Shown one piece after another: positions 57,729-64,000 of a stretch of DNA of 64,000 nt. Position 1 is the stretch's first letter. Each line of letters opens with the position of its first letter. The stretch comes from the human T2T-CHM13v2.0 reference genome, Homo sapiens: assembly GCF_009914755.1 (NCBI RefSeq), contig NC_060926.1, one strand, 5' to 3'. Both the position numbers and the translations under genes were made by a program. The notes beneath the pieces are model-generated. The model searched no databases. It was not told where the DNA came from and saw only the letters and a list, made by a program, of their open reading frames with translations.

Positions 57729-60700
57729 TAAATAATTATTGAATATTTTCAACTTATTGAAAAGATTCAAAAAATCTATTTGGATTGTTGATTGTTTGGG
57801 TAGAACACTGAGCTGACAGGTTTAATAAGCATAAAAACTAATTATTGAAGCCAAAATCATATTTATAAATTCTGTGTTTGTATGTTTTTCAATTTGGGAC
57901 AATTTATGTCAAAGACCTGTGTGGTTTCATTTAAAGCCAAGTTTTATAATTCAGAAGAAAGATGCATACATGGAATCAGACGATACAAATCAGTAAGAAA
58001 TACAGGCCAGTGAAAGATTATTAGTAAATCACAATTTACTTCTAATCAGCAATAAACCAGAATAAAAAAGTATAAATAATTACTAATTTTCTGCCAAAGT
58101 ATAATACTAAACTGCCTTCAAGAGCTAATCTCTTATTAAGGTAAATTACTATGCCTCCCTGGAATTATATTTTCTCATTTGCTAACCAATGTAAGCAATA
58201 TTAGATCATTTTAAATCACTCCCCTTGATCAGAGTTTATGTAAAATCAAATGTGTCTGTAGACCTACAGATTAATATGTAATTGGATGATGTAGAAATAG
58301 TAGAAATTATTTGACACAAGTTTGTATGCATTTTCAATAATACTAATGGCTGACAGGACCAGACTTAAATAGCTTGTAACTCCCAAGAGCAATCTAAACA
58401 GGGTAAGAAATTTCAGGCAATGGTTAGTCACTATATTTTAAAGATTTTCACATTTTTCTTAATTTAACTGAACTTCATAGGAGAGCCTGCAAATAGCTCT
58501 CAGAAACAGAAGCTGTCTCCTCATTTCCATATTCCATTTATACATGCCTCTATGTTTTGCTGATGCTTGTTCCCTCAGCCCAGAATGATCTTTCCTCAAT
58601 TTTCTTCTCTTATTTATCCTTCATGAGCAGTTAAAATGCTACTTCCTCCATGGAGCCTTCTAAGATGCCCTAGTAATAATTAACTATTTTGGGGGGTACT
58701 CAAAAATAGCTCTAGGAGAAAGAGAGCCATAATCAAATTATTACAACACAAAGACACATATACAGACAATATTATGGGCACACTGAGGAGAGACCACCAA
58801 CTCTATATGGAGTAAATAGGGAAGAGCTTCCCAAAGGAAGTGACGTTTGATCTGTGTCTTGAGAAATTGTCCACAGTGAGAAGGCGTCAAAGGGGATCCC
58901 AGATGGGAGGGATAACTTGTGTAAAAGTGTGAAACACTAGCTGTGAAGACACTCGCTGATTCAGAGGACAATACATGATCTTAGTGTGAGTGAAGTACAG
59001 GTTGCACAAGCTGAATGGTAATAGACAGAGGGATATTCGTGCTGGGATAAAACTGGCCAGCAGGTTTCAACCTGTTTCCTGCTGTAACCAATATAACTGA
59101 GATACATTCTCATTAGGTTGAAACTACCGATAGATGAGTCGGAATCAGCATGGCAATCATCAGGGCTTCAATAAGATCATCCATTATAGGCTGGGTGTCA
59201 ATATTATGGGCAGTCAGTTATGTGCAATTCTCAAAACATAAACTTTAATTCATCCTTCTTTTCCAACTGTTCAAAAAAGACTCCTTGAATGCAAATGAGA
59301 ACCATATTATTATAGAAATTCCCTTAACTCTGTACTAGTTGATTTAGGTGAATTAATGATAAACTTTAAGACTTTATTCATTTGTGATAAAAGTTATTTG
59401 CAATTGCTTTATTACACTTGTCAAATTACCTGAATTTCAGGAGGTAATGTGATCAGATTTGCCTTAGAATGTCTTTTGTTTTGGCTGCAAAAAGAAGGGG
59501 AGTGTGAAGGGGGAAATATAGGAGGCAAATTGAGCAGGCAGAAGATGACGTCATTAAGCTGGATAAGAGATGATGACAGCCTGAACCGAGGAAGTGATGG
59601 TACAAGTGCCGAGAAAGGGGAGTTCAGAAATCTTTTAGGTTGGCTCAATAAACAGATATGGGAGAGCATGGCCTTTGAAATAGAAAAAACAAAAGGGAAA
59701 GAATTGGGGATTAAACTTCAGCTTTGATGTTTGCTAGTGCTTGATCCTGCACACCTCACCCCTCAGATCCTCAGTTTCCCACATTTACAAAATGGGGATC
59801 ATAGTAACTAAAACATAGGGTGTTATAAGAATTAAATAAAATCAGGAATGAAAAGCACAGTACCTAGTACAAAGTAAATGCTCACTGAGAAAGTGATTAA
59901 AAGAGACATAGAAGCTTCTACATAGGATTCCTGAAAGGATGGTGGAGTCATTAACCCAATGCCAAAATACAGAAGGAAAAGCATATTTGAGGAAAAGACA
60001 CCAGCTGTGTTTTGCTGAGTTGGAGGAGTCTACAGGATACATAGCTAACGGAAAGCATTGGTTTGGAGCTCATGACAGTTGGGGCTGAGGAACCACTTTT
60101 GAGTTATTGGTGAAGAAACCATAGGTAGGAATGTGGTTTTTGTAGAAAAAGTGGGTACAATGTGCAAAAGAGAGGGCACAGGCAAGAATTCTATGACCCA
60201 CCACGCTTTAAGAACAAAAAAGGAAAGTGAATTAGGAGAAAGGAGAAGGAACAGACAAAGAAGTAGACAGGATTATTCCACTTATGTGAAATATCCAGAA
60301 AAGGCAAACCTAGAGGCACAGAAAGTAGTCAGTACTTGCCTGAGGCTGGGGGTGGGAGCCAGGACTGACTAAAAATGTATGCCAGTGCTCTTCTGGGGAT
60401 GATGGACATATACTAAAACTGGAGTGCTATGGTGGTTGCATGATTCTATAAATATAGGAAAAATCATTGCATTATGAAATATGTGAGTTTTATGCTATGT
60501 AAATTTTACCTTAGTAAATCTGTTCTTTCAAAAAAGAAACCCAAAGGAGGTGAGAGTGGGTAACTGGGTCAAATAAATACGGCAGAAAGATTAAGAGGAT
60601 GAAGACTGAAAATATGCCACTTAATTTGTCAACCAGTAGGTAGCTTAAAAGAACGTTTTTAATGGAGTGAAGAGGTCGCAAGTGGAAGGGTTGAAACAGG

Positions 60701-60784
60701 AATAAAGCGAATTGCAGTGGGACAAGGACAGGATGAGCAAGTAGAGGTGAGGAATATCTTCTTCCCATTTCAAGAGTCCAAATT

Positions 60785-60984
60785 TGAGCCTGGGCATCAT
60801 GAAGAAACCCCATTTTTACAAAAAAAAATACAAAAAAATTAGCTGGGCTTGGTGGCACGTACCTGTAGTCCCAGCTACCTGGGAGGCCGAGGTGGGAGGA
60901 TCACCTGAGCCTGGGGAAGTCGAGGCTGCAGTGAGCTGTGATCATGCCACTGCACTCCAGCCTGGGTGACAGAGTGAGACCCTG

Positions 60985-61053
<69 letters not shown>
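60785..61053 (+). mobile_element. Partial AluJ ending in a (CT)n(CA)n compound microsatellite
   Basis: Alu right arm followed by the repeat at about 60985-61053. Confidence 0.9.
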
Positions 61054-61055
<2 letters not shown>

Positions 61056-61168
61056 AGTCTACATTTGAAGGGAAATAAAATGATGGAGTGGTAGCCTTGG
61101 TGAGGGCAAGACTGTAAGGACATCACTGTAGAACAAAGGAAAAGAAGCAATGGAAAAGAAACCTGTTA

Positions 61169-61501
<333 letters not shown>

Positions 61502-62389
61502 TTAGAAGATGATTGCTGGAGCTAGATGCTGAAGGACGTAGGAATATTCAGGAAAGAACTAATCACAGATTTGTGCTGAACAGGAGCAAAGACTTTAGTT
61601 TATTGGAACCCATGGAGGACAGGTGAATATGTCAACAAGTTTGGAAGTCAAGGCCATTATTCTCAATGGCTTCATTTTTTTTTTCAGGGATGTATGAGTT
61701 AAGAACATTGGATGAGATTTAGGGATAGAAACTAAGGTGAGATGCTTGAGAATTGCTACCAAATGGGAGCCAACTAGGGAGCATATGGGAGACCTAGCTG
61801 AAGCAGAGGCCCGTGCATTTGTAACGGGGCCAATCAGCACAATTGTATGATTTTCCACTGGAGCGTCTGGAAGCTTGGAAGGAAAGGCTGAGTAAACAGA
61901 GTATTGGATTGATCTCGTATTGGGAGTTGGCAGGGTTAGTCAGGGTGGAGGGCAGGGAGTTGAGGGGATGGAGGATGGAAAGGAAATGAGTAACCATTAG
62001 CTGGTGAGGAAGAAAGGAAAGCCAGAGGAGGAGTGAAGTAATGTACGGGGAGCATTGCCAGGATTGGAAGGATGGAAGACTCTGCCAGGTAGGAAAACAG
62101 ATTTAGCAGAAAATAGAAAGCAGGAAGCTAAAATGTTTTGATTAAATTGTTGTTTGCAAAGCTAAGCCTCCTGGTCCAAAGGCCAGAGTGGATCAAAGTT
62201 GATGCTTAAATGAAAGCTAAGGAGGTTCATTTTCGGCAATGAAGATGCAGAAAGCAAGCACTTCTTTGTAGCTTCTCTACCATTTCATGTCCTGCATTAT
62301 AATATTCATCAACAAGATAATTCTGTCAGTTGGGAATAGTTTGGAACTTGCCAAACCACAAGAGTTTAGGGTCAAGAACTAAAAAGAAC

Positions 62390-62530
62390 ACAACGGATAA
62401 ATGCTTGAGGGGATGAATACACCATTCTCCATGATGTGATTATTACACATTGCATGCCTGCATCAAATCATCTCATAAATATATATACCTATGTATCCAC
62501 AAAAATCAAAAATTAAGAAAAAAGAAAATA
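62390..62530 (+). mobile_element. L1MA 3' end
   Basis: ggataaatgcttgaggggatg...gatgtgattattacacattgcatgcctg. Confidence 0.8.
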
Positions 62531-63324
62531 AAGAGAAAAAGCTAAAAAGAAGTCAGAAAGGACAAACCGGTTGAGTAAAAATGTAGAAAAGGATGCAGTG
62601 GTGAATTGAGAATATTATAAAGGAATTGGATAGAGGAGAGATGTGCCTGCAGGACAGTGGTGGTGAGAGGTAAGAAGGAAGGTGTTGAGAAGGTAAAGGT
62701 GAGAAGATGGAAAAAATCAAGCACATACTTATCTTGGGTTGGCTCTACCCCTGAGTGAACCCTACTGGCTCTGCCTCCCACTAAACCAGCACCCATCTGC
62801 CTGAAGAGGAGCGTGATCTACATTTGCATGGGGATTACTAGGATTGGGGTTAAATAAACTGGGAAAATAAAATAGGGCTTTTCTATTACTGATGACAGCT
62901 TCAAGAAGCAATGACCTTTGAGATGGAATCCAGTGTACTAGAGGGAATATTAGAGGTCATCTAGTATAACCAGACAAAATAAGGCCTCAGAAGAAGCTCT
63001 GAGGGGTAACATATGAAGACACATCACACAAGGCAGATTCGAGACTGAACCCAGAGGCCTGTAATTTCCAATTCTGTGTATTTCAAATGAACCACACTAA
63101 CTGCTAAGGTATTCAAAAAGATCCATGGTTTAGAAGATGACTGTTTTGAAATAATTTTGTTGTATGTTTAGGATATTGTAAATATTTGTAGGACGTAGTA
63201 AAAATTATTCCAATATAACCAGTTTGTTTATTTGTGCATATACCACAGTATCCACATGCACAAATTTGTATGATTTTTAATACAACAACTTATTTTTTGA
63301 GCCTTTGTATGGTGCCTTGAATAA

Positions 63325-63849
63325 TGTGAAGAAAAAAAAAAAAAAAACCAGAATCTCGGGACCCCAAACTCACTATGACCAAGGGAAAGTTAAGCTTGGG
63401 AACTGGATCACACACAGAAAAACTGCTTTGCTTTTGTTTCCAAACAGATAACTGTAATTTTACAGCTTTATGTCATAGCCTCTACTCCCTATTTTCACAT
63501 GTTTACTTTATCTTATGTAAAATATAGATTTACTAGGTGTGCAACAATGCATAATTTACTTTTTCCCCATGTAAAAATGTAGGTTTTCACATGTAAAATG
63601 TAGATTTGCTGAGGCTAATCAGAGCCTCACAAGAATGTAACCAGCTGCCTCACTGCCTATCCTCCCTCCTTTTTGTTTTCCTTGTGCTTGCCCTTTCTCC
63701 TTTAAATACTGAAGTTCCCCAACCCCCCTTTGGAAAACGCACAGGTCACAGGTGCTCCTGGGATTTTAATTTTTTCCCAGGCATATCTCGACCTTGGCTA
63801 AATAAACCTTTATAGATTGAGAACTGCTGCAATCACTCTTTGGTTTACA
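63325..63849 (+). mobile_element. ERV1 solo LTR, MER4-group-like
   Basis: TG...CA ends, tctcgggaccccaaactcact, internal AATAAA at about 63801. Confidence 0.75.
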
Positions 63850-64000
63850 AGAATACAGGGCCTATAAGTGAGCCCACGCACAGGGGTAGAGGATATGGAC
63901 CTACCCACCAAGGCAGAGCATATATCCCCACAGAAAGCAAGGACATGGGCAGTGGCCACCTTGCTGAAGAAGGTTAACACATAGTACCATACCTCCTCTG

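Overview
AT-rich primate, almost certainly human, genomic DNA with many Alu, L1, L2, MIR, L3, MaLR and ERV repeats. It holds the 3' half of CCDC141 (CAMDI) on the minus strand. Thirteen coding exons between 57229 and 13242 splice through GT-AG sites into one continuous frame. That frame encodes helical spectrin/coiled-coil-like repeats, a Pro/Ser-rich linker, one I-set Ig domain and a C-terminal hydrophobic helix. A 3' UTR of about 4.4 kb and a repeat-rich spacer follow. From known gene order, TTN starts on the same strand beyond the left edge. The most interesting signal is a possible three-way C-terminal switch: (1) intron read-through giving a soluble half-Ig end, (2) full Ig plus a tail anchor, and (3) a strong phase-1 donor exactly at the Ig end that could splice onward toward titin. 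Also seen are a candidate muscle MEF2/TATA intronic element, a local duplication of an Alu-in-Alu composite, and an L1 with a possible mini 3' transduction. Most ORF-track entries are spurious. Exon numbers and repeat subfamilies come from recall and by-eye matching, not database searches.
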